Assembly (NCBI GenBank): GCA_965203345.1
Contig: CBDBCK010000027.1
Span: 87,044-151,043, forward strand
DNA from: Dehalococcoidia bacterium
GTDB lineage: Bacteria; Chloroflexota; Dehalococcoidia; Lucifugimonadales; Lucifugimonadaceae
Length of the DNA stretch: 64,000 bases
Direction: 5' to 3'
Shown: piece after piece, positions 9,943 to 20,703 of the stretch
How the letters are laid out: each line of letters begins with the position of its first letter
Numbering within the stretch: position 1 is the stretch's first letter
The notes under the pieces: model-generated
What the model was told of the DNA's origin: nothing
Seen by the model: the letters and a program-made list of their open reading frames with translations, nothing else
Databases searched by the model: none
Made by a program: the position numbers and the translations under genes

Positions 9943-11304
9943 ATGGGTGCACAGGTCCAATACCTACTTGATGAGAAGCATATACCCGAAAGGTGGTATA
10001 ATATTCAGGCGGATTTGCCTTGGCCTATTGAGCCACCGTTGCATCCGGGCACACTTGAACCAGTAGGGCCTGATCTGCTTGCGCCTCTATTTCCTATGGC
10101 GCTCATCGGGCAGGAAGTGAGTTCGGACAAGTGGGTGGACATACCCGAAGAGGTAAGGGACGTGTACCGTCTTTGGAGACCTACTCCTTTGTACCGTGCC
10201 CGAGGGTTGGAGGCAGCACTAGGGACGCCTGCTCGTATCTTCTACAAGTATGAAGGAGGTTCACCCAGCGGAAGTCATAAACCAAACACTGCCGTGGCTC
10301 AAGTGTATTACAACAGAGAGGAAGGCACGAAGCGGATAACTACCGAAACCGGAGCCGGGCAGTGGGGTTCTGCCCTCGCTTTTGCTTGCAAGAAGCTGGG
10401 CGGAATAGATGCAAAGGTGTACATGGTAGCCGCTTCCTATGAGCAGAAACCTTATCGTCGCTCACTCATAGAGACGTGGGGAGCCGAGGTCAAGTCCAGC
10501 CCTTCGCGGGATACGAATTCCGGTAGAGGGATTTTAGCAGAGCATCCGGACTCTCCAGGTTCTCTGGGCATAGCTATATCAGAGGCGGTTGAAGACGCCG
10601 TCGGCAGAGAAGATACAAAATACTCCTTGGGGAGTGTGCTTAATCACGTCCTCATGCACCAGACGGTTATAGGACAAGAGGCAATAGCCCAGATGGAGAT
10701 GGCGGACGCGTATCCAGACGTGGTGATAGGTTGTGCAGGCGGTGGGTCGAACTTCGCAGGGATATCTTTCCCATTTATTGAAAACAAACTGACTCACGGA
10801 GCTTCTACCAGATTCGTTGCGGTGGAACCGGAAGCTTCTCCGTCGCTCACGCGCGGAAAGTACGCCTACGACTTCGGAGACACGGCAGGCACTACTCCTC
10901 TACTGAAGATGCATACGCTCGGCCATAACTTCATCCCTAACCCAATACACGCTGGCGGCTTACGCTACCACGGTATGGCTCCACTGGTGAGCGCACTCAT
11001 TGCACATGACGTGGTGGAAGCCAGGGCTTACCATCAGCGGGAAACTTTCGCCGCCGCCGTTCAATTTGCGCAGGTGGAAGGTATATTACCTGCGCCTGAA
11101 CCTGCACACGCTATACGCGCTGCTATAGATGAAGCTATGGTGGCTAAGGAGGCAGGCAGCAGCACGAACATACTTTTTCATCTGTGTGGGCATGGTCTGC
11201 TAGACCTTTCTGCATACTCAAGCTACCTGTCAGGTGATATGGTGGACTATGTCCTTTCTGACGCCGACATTGAAGAGGCTGTGAAGTCAGCTCCGAAAGT
11301 GTAA
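9943..11304 (+). CDS. TrpB-like PLP-dependent enzyme (tryptophan synthase beta, type 2)
   Basis: Long TrpB2-type N-terminus ([13 protein letters not shown]), PLP-lysine block [13 protein letters not shown] and a [10 protein letters not shown] loop. No trpA is adjacent. Confidence 0.8.
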   Translation: MGAQVQYLLDEKHIPERWYNIQADLPWPIEPPLHPGTLEPVGPDLLAPLFPMALIGQEVSSDKWVDIPEEVRDVYRLWRPTPLYRARGLEAALGTPARIFYKYEGGSPSGSHKPNTAVAQVYYNREEGTKRITTETGAGQWGSALAFACKKLGGIDAKVYMVAASYEQKPYRRSLIETWGAEVKSSPSRDTNSGRGILAEHPDSPGSLGIAISEAVEDAVGREDTKYSLGSVLNHVLMHQTVIGQEAIAQMEMADAYPDVVIGCAGGGSNFAGISFPFIENKLTHGASTRFVAVEPEASPSLTRGKYAYDFGDTAGTTPLLKMHTLGHNFIPNPIHAGGLRYHGMAPLVSALIAHDVVEARAYHQRETFAAAVQFAQVEGILPAPEPAHAIRAAIDEAMVAKEAGSSTNILFHLCGHGLLDLSAYSSYLSGDMVDYVLSDADIEEAVKSAPKV

Positions 11305-11491
11305 ACGCACGACTCGGCAGACGGTTCTGTTGAACGTCTCTAGGCAATAGCGGTTTATTGGCAGGAGTCCTAACTATATATTAAGACCTGGTTTGTTCTT
11401 AGCATGATCTGAAGGGCAAAGATCGAAAGCTGAATAGGTAACGGTCTGAAAAGGAGGAAACAACCAGGAAAGCGAAGGTGTTTTCAAGGGT

Positions 11492-12013
11492 ATGAGCAAG
11501 GTGCGCGCTACATCTATTCTCTCTTTTTTGACGACTTTAGTCATAGTAACTTCGGCTTCTTGCGGCTCATCTTTAGAGAGTAAGACCGGACAGACTAGGA
11601 ACGACATTATTCGAGGAGAGGTTGTCCATATTAAGCCTCCACACTCTTTGCAGGAAGACTTCGTGTCTACGAAAGACGCTCGTATAGTAGTAGAAATCAT
11701 TTACGCGCCAAGTGCCGATTCTATGGGTGAGGTCGTATGGGAACAAAGCTATATGGATGATATCGGGTTGCCGTTTGTCTTTGAGATACCTGCCGGGGCG
11801 GTGGATTTTATTGAAGCGAACGCCAACGATTACGAAGGGTACTATATATTTGCGACTGTTTACAACCATGTCGGCGATGAGAGTGAAGCTGGTGATCTGA
11901 TTACCGAAACTTTCACCTCCATCAGCCCATATATAGGGAACGTGAAGATAGAAGTGTCCGGCCTGGAGCCCTGCAACAGTCCAAACGCTGGCGGGTTTTG
12001 CGCGTCAAACTGA
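11492..12013 (+). CDS. Putative secreted lipoprotein of unknown function
   Basis: Signal peptide with a Cys box (LVIVTSASCGSS) preceded by a GGAGGAAA RBS-like purine run. Family not recognised. Confidence 0.45.
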   Translation: MSKVRATSILSFLTTLVIVTSASCGSSLESKTGQTRNDIIRGEVVHIKPPHSLQEDFVSTKDARIVVEIIYAPSADSMGEVVWEQSYMDDIGLPFVFEIPAGAVDFIEANANDYEGYYIFATVYNHVGDESEAGDLITETFTSISPYIGNVKIEVSGLEPCNSPNAGGFCASN

Positions 12014-12206
12014 GTTCGGCATCCAATGCCCAGTGATTAGTTTCTCAAGTACAGCAACTGTTTCAAACCCGAATCATTATACGTAGAGGATGTTCTTGCA
12101 GTCCAGGTCTTACTAGTACCATTCGTCAGGATAAGTCCTAACGCTAGAGCAACCAGGTCTTCTCTCTCGCTATTGAGATGCTATACCTAGGTGCCTGCGC
12201 CCCTAA

Positions 12207-13433
12207 TCAACTCCGTACATTACCTCCGCCTACTTCATATTCCGCTACCTTTTCCAAGTTAATTTTGGGGAGATCTTCCCTATTGGCAGCCGTTATCAAA
12301 ACCTGTTCATACTGCTGGATGGCCTCCAGTACCAGCCTCTTTTTTCCTTGATCCAGTTCAGACATTACGTCGTCAAGGGCTAGTATAGGGACAGTCCCAG
12401 ACACTTCCTTGACGAAGGCGGCTTCCGAGAGTTTGAGTGCCAAGGCTATTGAGCGAGTTTGACCTCTAGAGGCGTAGAGCCCAGCGGGTCTATTGTTTAA
12501 AAACATCCCCAGCTCATCCCTGTGTGGTCCAAGCAAAGACATGCCCGTTGTTAGCTCTTTTTTTCGCAACGAGCCTAGCGAACTGAGCAACATCTCGTAT
12601 ATATCTCTCCGATCGGTAGCTTCGGTGAGCTTTAAGCTCTGACCCCTTATAGCCACCGAAGGGATGTAATTCAGTTCTAACCCCTCACCTGCAGTCAGTG
12701 TGGAGTGGATATCGAAAGTATGAGCAGACAGGCGTGCGACTGTATTGCGGCGAGAGTTTATGATTGACGCGCCTTCATACGCCATACGATCGTCCCAGAA
12801 TTCCAATTCCTTTACGTTGGAGCGATTATCCCTGATAGCGCGTAATAGGCGATTTCTATTAGTTATCACCTTGCCGTAGCGCTGGACACTCTTAAGGTAT
12901 GAACGATCGCTCTGCGATATGAGGATGTCCAAGTACCGCCTCCGGACGTTCGGAGAGCCTGTAACAAGGAAAATATCCGCTGCTTCAAACAGCACCGCTT
13001 TGACGTTTCCGACAAACTCAGCTGCGGACTGTTGCTGTATACTGTTTACACGAAAAGATCTTCGGATCAGGGGTACGTCCGACTGCCTATCGGGAACCAC
13101 ATCCAAGTCTATCTGAGAATGTGTGGCTTCAGACCTGTTCAAGGAGACACCTGATACCTGCATATGCCCGCCTGATCGGGCTAGCTCCCAGTTCACCACT
13201 TCCTGAAGAGCTGCCGCGTGTACAGGTTTGGCTACTGCGAGCATATATACAGCTTCTAGCAGATTGCTTTTGCCTTGTCCGTTTGCTCCGTGGAATAAGG
13301 TTACACCTGGGCCTACGTCTATCAGCGCTTCTTTCCAGTTGCGAAAGCCCTTAAGTGAGAGTCTAGCCAGATACATAACAGTCTCCAACAGCCCTATGTG
13401 ATGGGATTTCAGCAACGCGAGGAAATCCTGCAT
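12207..13433 (-). CDS. recF: DNA replication/repair protein RecF
   Basis: Walker A GANGQGKSNLLEA, an SMC-type signature region and Walker B ILALDDVMSELD. The true start is probably Met20 (MYLARLSLKGFRN) at nt 13376. Confidence 0.85.
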   Translation of the reverse strand: MQDFLALLKSHHIGLLETVMYLARLSLKGFRNWKEALIDVGPGVTLFHGANGQGKSNLLEAVYMLAVAKPVHAAALQEVVNWELARSGGHMQVSGVSLNRSEATHSQIDLDVVPDRQSDVPLIRRSFRVNSIQQQSAAEFVGNVKAVLFEAADIFLVTGSPNVRRRYLDILISQSDRSYLKSVQRYGKVITNRNRLLRAIRDNRSNVKELEFWDDRMAYEGASIINSRRNTVARLSAHTFDIHSTLTAGEGLELNYIPSVAIRGQSLKLTEATDRRDIYEMLLSSLGSLRKKELTTGMSLLGPHRDELGMFLNNRPAGLYASRGQTRSIALALKLSEAAFVKEVSGTVPILALDDVMSELDQGKKRLVLEAIQQYEQVLITAANREDLPKINLEKVAEYEVGGGNVRS

Positions 13434-13487
13434 CTATGTACGAGCTTGAGTTCATAATTCATAATACAGAGTAAAATTAAAAGAGCG

Positions 13488-14000
13488 ATGAATCTCAAAA
13501 AATGGATACGGACTGTGGAGGATTATCCGATAGGAGGCGTTCTTTTTCGCGACATCACGCCTCTGTTGGCGTATCCTCCCGCCTTCAAACGTGCCGTCCA
13601 GAGCTTGTCTGAATTACTGACCCCGTTTGATCTTGAGGCTATTTGCGCGATAGACGCTAGAGGTTTTCTTTTTGGTGCTCCCGTATCATTGGAGCTGGAT
13701 TTGCCTGTAATCCCAGTACGCAAGGCTGGGAAACTGCCGCCTGAGGTAACGGGCATAGATTACGTTCTTGAGTACGGTAGGGCGAGAATTGAAATTGGGA
13801 AAAACATACTGCAAAAGAAACAACGAGTTGCAATCATAGACGATCTATTGGCGACCGGGGGCACTGCACAAGCTACAGGGGAGCTCGTGGCACAAACGGG
13901 GGCTTTGGTTGTCGCGTATGCGTTTCTTATAGAGTTGACTTCTTTGGGCGGGCGAGAGAAACTTACTCCTCTTGAGATCGTCAGCGTCTTGAAGTATTGA
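13488..14000 (+). CDS. apt: Adenine phosphoribosyltransferase
   Basis: FRDITPLL N-terminal block and PRPP-binding motif VAIIDDLLATGGTA. 170 aa. Confidence 0.9.
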   Translation: MNLKKWIRTVEDYPIGGVLFRDITPLLAYPPAFKRAVQSLSELLTPFDLEAICAIDARGFLFGAPVSLELDLPVIPVRKAGKLPPEVTGIDYVLEYGRARIEIGKNILQKKQRVAIIDDLLATGGTAQATGELVAQTGALVVAYAFLIELTSLGGREKLTPLEIVSVLKY

Positions 14001-14006
14001 TCCATC

Positions 14007-14771
14007 TTGAGTAGATCTACGGCAGTTACCTTTGACTTGTGGCGGACGCTTATCGCTGAACCTGGTGGACATGCAGAATCGGCAAAGAGGGCGGAGCTCC
14101 GTCCAAAGGCGATATGCGAGATCCTTGAAAAACATGGCATAACCGATGCTGAAGGGATAGTTCAGGGTGCTTTTAACCAGATGTTTGAAGAGATACTTGC
14201 GGACCACGCTGAAGGGAAAGATATGCTTTATGAGGATAGAGTGGGCTCGTTGATAAGCAATATAGAATGCATATTCTCTTTGAGCTTGGAGCGTGCCAGG
14301 CAAGAAGTTGCGGACGCCTTTGACTCCGTGTTTTTAGAGCATCCGCCGGTGGTGCTAGATGGCGCTGTTCAAGCCGTTCAGCGTGTCAGGGAACTCGGAT
14401 CGAAGACGGCGCTCATATCCAATACTGGACCTACCTCCCCAAGTGTATACCGTCGGTGGCTTACCGCAAGAGGTCTCGGAGATCTGTTTGATGTTATGAT
14501 ATTTTCAAATGAGATATCTAGAGCAAAACCCGACCCTCAAATGTTCCTAAAAGCGCTGGAGTATCTGGGAGTGCAACCCTTAGACGCCATGCATGTAGGC
14601 GATAATCCATATGCCGACATAAGCGGAGCGGTTAACGTAGGCATGACAGCATTATGGCTGGATACCTCGGATCAGGGAAAACCTGCTAGAGCTCCTCACT
14701 TTATAGCCTCCACCATATCCGAAGCAGGGGAATTGGCAACAAGGTGGGTCAAAGCGTTACGGAATATATGA
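14007..14771 (+). CDS. HAD-superfamily hydrolase
   Basis: Motif I-like VTFDLWRTL, motif II LISNTG and motif IV HVGDNPYADISGA. Confidence 0.7.
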   Translation: MSRSTAVTFDLWRTLIAEPGGHAESAKRAELRPKAICEILEKHGITDAEGIVQGAFNQMFEEILADHAEGKDMLYEDRVGSLISNIECIFSLSLERARQEVADAFDSVFLEHPPVVLDGAVQAVQRVRELGSKTALISNTGPTSPSVYRRWLTARGLGDLFDVMIFSNEISRAKPDPQMFLKALEYLGVQPLDAMHVGDNPYADISGAVNVGMTALWLDTSDQGKPARAPHFIASTISEAGELATRWVKALRNI

Positions 14772-14829
14772 CGAAATCAGCCTTTTTAGCAGTTGTTTTT
14801 GCCTAATAGCGAAGATAAGGAATGACTTT

Positions 14830-15675
14830 ATGCCATACACATTTATCCCAGGCAAAATGTATAGAATGCCCTCTCACTTTGGGCCAAGTGCGGGACCTAG
14901 AGCTGGAAAAGACGGCAGGAAATTCGAGAACAAAGACAACCCTAAAACGACTTCCATATCAGTCAGTTTTCTCACAAACGCCGAGCAGTTGGAGGCATTA
15001 TTGCCAGAGCGGTTTGAGCTGTTCGGGGATCCCATTGTTACCGTCTATGCGAACTATATGAAGGATATTGAGTGGCTTGCCGGCCGCGGATACAATGTGC
15101 TTGGGATATCGTTTCCTGCCATGTTCAGAGGAGAAAGGGACCAAGCGCAGGGGAGTTTTCTGTCCGTGCTATGGGAAAACCTTACCGACCCAATCATAAC
15201 AGGGCGAGAGGAGTTAGGATTTTCCAAGATATATTGCGAACTACCTGATCCTTTTACCTTTGAGGGAGAGACACGCCTGTACGCCAGTTGGATGGGGTTT
15301 AGGTTTCTGGACGTTAGAGTAGGTGATATGCGCAAACTTTCTGTTTCTGATATTAAGGTTGAGGAGACTAGACGAAGGCAGCAGGCCGGAGATGGAGTCC
15401 TGCATTACAAATATATCCCTCGTACAGGTCAATGGGGGATGTCTGACGTAGAGTACGCCTGCCTGACGCCTGCTACTGCTCTGAACCGCGTTGTGAAGGC
15501 GCAGTGGACCGGTCGAGGGACGGTGCAGTTCCATAAAGCACGTTGGGAAGATATGCCGACTCAATACAATATAGTCAATGTTTTCCACACACTTGATATC
15601 AAGGAGCCAAGAGGTGCGAGCATAACCAAAACGATAGGCGCAAAAGATTTAGGCGACCAGCGAATTCTACATTAG
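14830..15675 (+). CDS. Acetoacetate decarboxylase (ADC) family protein
   Basis: Recalled ADC-family N-terminus (MPYTFIPGKMYRMP..FGP). The ~280 aa length and beta-rich sequence fit the family. Confidence 0.6.
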   Translation: MPYTFIPGKMYRMPSHFGPSAGPRAGKDGRKFENKDNPKTTSISVSFLTNAEQLEALLPERFELFGDPIVTVYANYMKDIEWLAGRGYNVLGISFPAMFRGERDQAQGSFLSVLWENLTDPIITGREELGFSKIYCELPDPFTFEGETRLYASWMGFRFLDVRVGDMRKLSVSDIKVEETRRRQQAGDGVLHYKYIPRTGQWGMSDVEYACLTPATALNRVVKAQWTGRGTVQFHKARWEDMPTQYNIVNVFHTLDIKEPRGASITKTIGAKDLGDQRILH

Positions 15676-15676
15676 A

Positions 15677-16510
15677 GTGGAACGGATAACTGTGGGAAGC
15701 TTGAAAGGCAAGACGGCTTTAATAACGGGTGCAGGCGGTCGCTTCGGCATAGGGCGCGCTATAGCACTGAGATTCGCTGAAGATGGCGCGGACGTAGCCG
15801 TGAATGACGTTGCAACATCCGGGAAGCGTGCTTATTTACCCGAACTAGTCAGCGAAATACAGTCTTTAGGACGGCGGAGTATACAGATCATTGCTGATGT
15901 ATCCAAAGCGGACGAGGTGGATAACATGGTTCAGCTAGTGGTCAAGGAACTTGGAAGCTTAGACATATTGGTGAATAACGCGGGGGCTTTGGCAGGTCGG
16001 GACAGAGTACCTGTAGTCGATTTGGAGGAGAAGGAATGGGATAGGATACAGACTGTAAACGCTAAGGGTGTTTTTCTGTGCTGCCGTTCTGCTGCTAGAG
16101 TGATGATAAAACAGGGTAGAGGTGGTAAAATAGTGAACGTATCTTCAGTTTCTGGTAAGAAGGGGATCGCTCGCTTTGCTGCTTACTGTGCTTCTAAGTT
16201 TGCGGTTATAGGTTTTTCTCAAGCTCTGGCGATAGAACTGGCGCCCCATAACGTCACGGTCAACTCCATATGTCCTAGCCTCGTCAATACCGAGCGCGTG
16301 GATGACATGGCTGCTGTATTGGCGCCAAGCGGAATTCACCCTGGCAGTCATCGCGAGACGCTGGTACAAAGAGCGGTGTCAAACACTCCTCTAGGTCGCA
16401 TGGTTCTTCCAGAAGATGCCGCGGGTGTTGCGTCGTTTCTTGCGTCAGGAGATTCGGATTTCCTAACTGGCCTATCGATTACGTTAGCAGGTGGCTCTTA
16501 TTTTGACTAA
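15677..16510 (+). CDS. Short-chain dehydrogenase/reductase (SDR)
   Basis: LITGAGGRFGIGRAIA, NNAG and YCASKFAV motifs. It starts 2 nt after the ADC-family stop. Confidence 0.85.
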   Translation: MERITVGSLKGKTALITGAGGRFGIGRAIALRFAEDGADVAVNDVATSGKRAYLPELVSEIQSLGRRSIQIIADVSKADEVDNMVQLVVKELGSLDILVNNAGALAGRDRVPVVDLEEKEWDRIQTVNAKGVFLCCRSAARVMIKQGRGGKIVNVSSVSGKKGIARFAAYCASKFAVIGFSQALAIELAPHNVTVNSICPSLVNTERVDDMAAVLAPSGIHPGSHRETLVQRAVSNTPLGRMVLPEDAAGVASFLASGDSDFLTGLSITLAGGSYFD

Positions 16511-16621
16511 GTATAGGGTGAATCTGACTTTCCCAAGTGGAGAGAGTCGATATATCAAGTCCGGCTTTGATAGATTTAGACCATGTAAAGTCAATCCAAA
16601 GGAGACCTTTAGGAGGTTAGA

Positions 16622-17311
16622 TTGGCAACAAAAAAGCAGTTAAATCAAACAACTAAAACCGCGCCTATCGTGGCAATAGTTGGTGGTACGGGTCGCACAG
16701 GCCGTTGGGTTGTCAAAGGAGCCTTAGAGCGTGGATACGTCGTACGAGCGCTTGCCCGAACTCCTTCTAAGATTGAGAAAAACGGTAATGATAATTTAAC
16801 TGTAATCAAAGGTGATGCAACCAACTTGGAATCAATCAAAGAGCTCTTAAGTGGTGCTGATACCGTCCTTTCTTGTTTGGGCACAGTCAAAAAGCCACAC
16901 TATATTGTTGAGAGTGGTATTAGTGCAATTCTGGCGGCGTTTGAGGTACAAGATAAGAAGCCTAAATTAGTACATATGTCAGCGGTAGGTTTAGGTAGCT
17001 CAAGGGATCAGTGTAAAAAATCCCTTGTTTGGTCTTTGATCGTGAATCTGGGTTTCCCACTGATTGGCAAAGAACTGTTTGCCGATATGGAGCGAGGAGA
17101 AAATCTGATAATAGAATCGGATGACGTTGATTTTGTGATTGCTCGCGCGGCTATATTAAGCGGTAAAGAAGCGCGAGGTTATAAAGTACAGAGGCCTCAA
17201 GAACCAGTTGGTAAAATGATGATTAGTCGTAAAGATATCGCTAATTTCATGTTAGACGTTGTAGAAGATCAATCGTATAATGGTGAAGCAATCTCTTTGT
17301 TTTCAAAGTGA
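16622..17311 (+). CDS. NAD(P)H-binding atypical SDR (NmrA/BVR-B-like)
   Basis: IVGGTGRTGRWVVKGALERGYVVRALAR Rossmann motif. No YxxxK of the classical SDR type. Confidence 0.7.
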   Translation: MATKKQLNQTTKTAPIVAIVGGTGRTGRWVVKGALERGYVVRALARTPSKIEKNGNDNLTVIKGDATNLESIKELLSGADTVLSCLGTVKKPHYIVESGISAILAAFEVQDKKPKLVHMSAVGLGSSRDQCKKSLVWSLIVNLGFPLIGKELFADMERGENLIIESDDVDFVIARAAILSGKEARGYKVQRPQEPVGKMMISRKDIANFMLDVVEDQSYNGEAISLFSK

Positions 17312-17410
17312 TTTCAAGCAAACCCAGCGTTTTTCGCCACATAGAATATACTAGAACTTGAATCAACTCTGCATTTTGACTAGGCTTTATAGAACTAGCA
17401 AAGGTACGCT

Positions 17411-18223
17411 GTGAAAGGAAATCGTCTCCAAGATAAAATCGCTATTGTAACAGGTGCAGGCTCCCGCGGACCTATGGTGGGTACCGGTCAGGCCGCCGCT
17501 ATTCTGTTTGCTAAGCAAGGTGCCAAAGTGTTGCTAGTAGATCTGGCTATTGAGAGCGCGGAACAAACTCTCAAAACTATAGAGAGTGAAGGAGGGAACG
17601 CGTCAACCTTTAAGGCGGACGTAACAAAAGAGGTAGAATGCAAATCGATGGTTGAAGCCTGCGTGGAACGTTACGGTCCGCCTAGCGTGCTATTCAACAA
17701 CGTTGGGACTCACGGAGCAGGTATGGTTACCGAAGTGGAAGAATCGGTTTGGAATCGCGCCTTGGACGTAAACCTGAAGAGCGCGGTCCTCGTCTCTAAG
17801 TACGTGGTACCGAAAATGGCTCAATCCGGCGGTGGATCTATCATCAATATTTCTTCTATAGACGGTTTGCGCGCCGGCAGTACAAGGAATATTCCTTATT
17901 CCGTGGCCAAAGGCGGACTGGTAACGCTCACGAAGGCCATGGCGGTACATCATGGCAGAGACAATATCCGGGTCAACTGTATAGCTCCGGGACATTTGTA
18001 CGCCCCTTTTGTGGCGGATATTTCTGATAAGTGGCGCAAGATGCGCCGCAATATTGCACCTTTGGGAACCGAAGGCGACGCTTGGGACGTAGGGTGGGCT
18101 GCTCTGTTTCTTGCGAGCGATGAAGCGCGCTGGATATCCGGAGCGATATTACCAGTCGACGCAGGGCTGCTGGCGGCGACGCCATTGGCCGTAGTGGGTA
18201 ACCTATCGGAGATGCAGGAATGA
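17411..18223 (+). CDS. Short-chain dehydrogenase/reductase (SDR)
   Basis: IVTGAGS..G.G Rossmann motif, NNVG and YSVAKGGL. Confidence 0.85.
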   Translation: MKGNRLQDKIAIVTGAGSRGPMVGTGQAAAILFAKQGAKVLLVDLAIESAEQTLKTIESEGGNASTFKADVTKEVECKSMVEACVERYGPPSVLFNNVGTHGAGMVTEVEESVWNRALDVNLKSAVLVSKYVVPKMAQSGGGSIINISSIDGLRAGSTRNIPYSVAKGGLVTLTKAMAVHHGRDNIRVNCIAPGHLYAPFVADISDKWRKMRRNIAPLGTEGDAWDVGWAALFLASDEARWISGAILPVDAGLLAATPLAVVGNLSEMQE

Positions 18224-19023
18224 CAGACTAGAAGGTTAGCTTTCCAGATAAAAAACGTCGCTCCACACACGTTGATCAAGAGATGACCGCTTTACTTGAA
18301 GGGTACCGGGATTGGGTTGTTAGTGACGATATGATGACGGTCCTGCCGGACTAGTCAAAAGGGTGTGTGAATGCGATCTACAGCGTCCCCGATTACAATA
18401 TCAGAATGAACTACGAAAGTCGCACTTTACTTTGTCTTCGATAATTACGTAGGTTGGTATATATTCTTAGTAGCAGAGTGTGTTTGAGTTTTACGCGACG
18501 GTGGCATATATTTTTCGTTAATTATCCTAGTCAAAATGCCTGCCTGCGGGTGAAATATCTAGATGAAAATGCTTATTATGCCCACGATTCGTCTGGATGT
18601 ATAACACAAACGTTAGAGACTCTAGTCAGCGGGTTACTAGAGTCTAATGCTCTATCCTACACGCCACTATAAATCAAAGAGCAACCGCTGCTATAAAGAA
18701 TAGTTAGCGTAACCTTACCAAAATCCCTACGGCATACGCATAAAGGAGCGCATAATAACAAGTCAAAAAGGACGTATGCTGTACTTATGCATCGGACGCC
18801 AGTCAAGCCCGTGCCTAATGGGTTAATGGCTGGCAGTTGATACCATAAAGCGTAAGAGCACATTCAGGTTGCTCTCACGGGATGATTAGAAGGTGATTTA
18901 CCTAGATATTAGACTAGGCAACTGCGAGGGAGTATACAGCCGTTTTGAAAATGACGGAACAGGTCCTCCCTTTAGCATCCCACACTGTAGAGAAACATGA
19001 GCATATGAAGACCGGAGAACGAT

Positions 19024-20703
19024 ATGGCTAAGATAACGGGAGGCAGATTTATAGCAGAAACCCTGCACAAGTACGGAGTAACTCACGTCTTTTTTATGCC
19101 CTTCATAATGCCTCGTGCATTGATGGAAATGGAGAAGCTCGGAATGAAACGAGTTCAAACTCACGGCGAGAAGGCGGCAGCTTATATGGCGGATGGATAC
19201 GCCCGCGTCAGCGGTAGAGCTGGCGTGTGCATGTCTCAATCTGTAGGAGCGGTCAACCTTGCTGCGGGGCTACAAGACGCACGCTTGGCTTGCTCGCCGG
19301 TCATTGCTATGACGGGTCGAGAGACGCATATGAACCATTACCGCCACGCGTATCAAGAGATAGACCACGTCAAGCCTTTTGGTTCGGTAACTAAATACAG
19401 TGCTCACATATCCGAGCTTGATCAGCTGCCTTTTCTATTGCGGCAGGCGTTCCGTTCAGCGACCTCAGGTACTCCGGGCCCTGCTCACCTTGACTTAGAG
19501 GGTATTGCTGGACAGGGAATAGCCGAAGCTGAAGGTGATCTTGAGGTGTATCTAGAGGATGCGTTCAAATCCCTGCCTCCCTTTAGACCGGAGGCCGAAC
19601 TTTCAAAAGTAGAGAAGGCTCTAAGGCTTCTCTACGCTGCGCAACGTCCCGTTATTGTGGCGGGTGGAGGCGTAACAGTATCACGGGCGGCGACGGAGCT
19701 GCAGACTCTAGCAGAGAAACTCTCCATACCAGTTGCTACTTCATTGAATGCCAAGGCGTCATTCCCTTACGATCATCCGCTTGCCGTGGGCGTTCCAGGC
19801 TTGTACTCGCGTGCATGTGCCAACCAAGTAATGTGTGAAGCCGACCTTGTATTTTTTATAGGAAGCCACGCCGGCGGTCAAGTTACCAACGCTTACTCTG
19901 TACCACCTCAAAGGACCACAGTCATTCAGCTCGATATCAACCCTGAAGAACTGGGACGCAACTATCCTATAGCAGTCGGGATGCAGGGCGATGCGCGAAA
20001 TACCCTGCGTAGGATGATAAAACACACAGAGATTCGCCGACCGCGTCAAGAGTGGCTAGACAGAGTGAGCAAGCTGGTAACTGCTTGGAAGAGAGAGACG
20101 AACATCAAAGCTGACTCAGATGTCCTACCCATGTTGCCCGAACGGTTGTGCCGGGAATTAACTGAAAGCTTACCTCCCGACTCCATACTCGTATCCGATA
20201 CCGGCCATTCCGGTATATGGACAGGGACGATTATAGACCTTAAGCACAGAGGACAGTCGTATATCCGATGCTCTGGTTCGCTTGGATGGGGGTTGCCCGC
20301 GGCTATGGGGGCGAAGTGCGCCAGTCCGGATCGGCCGGTCTTATGTTTCACCGGCGACGGTGGAGTCTGGTACCATATCACTGAACTTGAAACCGCCCTT
20401 AGGTGTGGCATTAACACTGTAACCCTGGTCAACAACAACCACTCTCTTAACCAGGAGAAGCATGGCAACGAAAAGGTTTACGGCGGACAAACCGACGGTT
20501 CGGACGAGTTGTGGCTATTCCCAGATACCGACTTCGCTAAAGTAGCAGAGGCTGTTGGGTGTCTTGGTATTGTTGTCAATAAGCCGAATGAGCTGTCTAG
20601 CGCACTGGATCAGGCTTTTTCAGCAGGAAGGCCGGCCCTTATAGACGTAAAAACCCATATTGAGGGCATTGCCACCAAAGCTTGGACGCCGGCCGAGAAC
20701 TAG
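19024..20703 (+). CDS. Thiamine-diphosphate-dependent enzyme (acetolactate-synthase-like family)
   Basis: N-terminal Pyr domain (GVTHVFFMP...HGEKAAAYMADGYARVSG) and ThDP-binding motif GDGGVWYHITELETALRCGINTVTLVNNN. Confidence 0.85.
   Translation: MAKITGGRFIAETLHKYGVTHVFFMPFIMPRALMEMEKLGMKRVQTHGEKAAAYMADGYARVSGRAGVCMSQSVGAVNLAAGLQDARLACSPVIAMTGRETHMNHYRHAYQEIDHVKPFGSVTKYSAHISELDQLPFLLRQAFRSATSGTPGPAHLDLEGIAGQGIAEAEGDLEVYLEDAFKSLPPFRPEAELSKVEKALRLLYAAQRPVIVAGGGVTVSRAATELQTLAEKLSIPVATSLNAKASFPYDHPLAVGVPGLYSRACANQVMCEADLVFFIGSHAGGQVTNAYSVPPQRTTVIQLDINPEELGRNYPIAVGMQGDARNTLRRMIKHTEIRRPRQEWLDRVSKLVTAWKRETNIKADSDVLPMLPERLCRELTESLPPDSILVSDTGHSGIWTGTIIDLKHRGQSYIRCSGSLGWGLPAAMGAKCASPDRPVLCFTGDGGVWYHITELETALRCGINTVTLVNNNHSLNQEKHGNEKVYGGQTDGSDELWLFPDTDFAKVAEAVGCLGIVVNKPNELSSALDQAFSAGRPALIDVKTHIEGIATKAWTPAEN

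Noticed and set aside
18590-18670. tRNA-like fragment (…GTGGCGTGTAGGATAGAGCATTAGACTCTAGTAACCC… on the minus strand)
   Set aside because: No T-arm (GTTCGAATC-type), no acceptor pairing and no consistent anticodon stem. Only a superficial D-arm resemblance.
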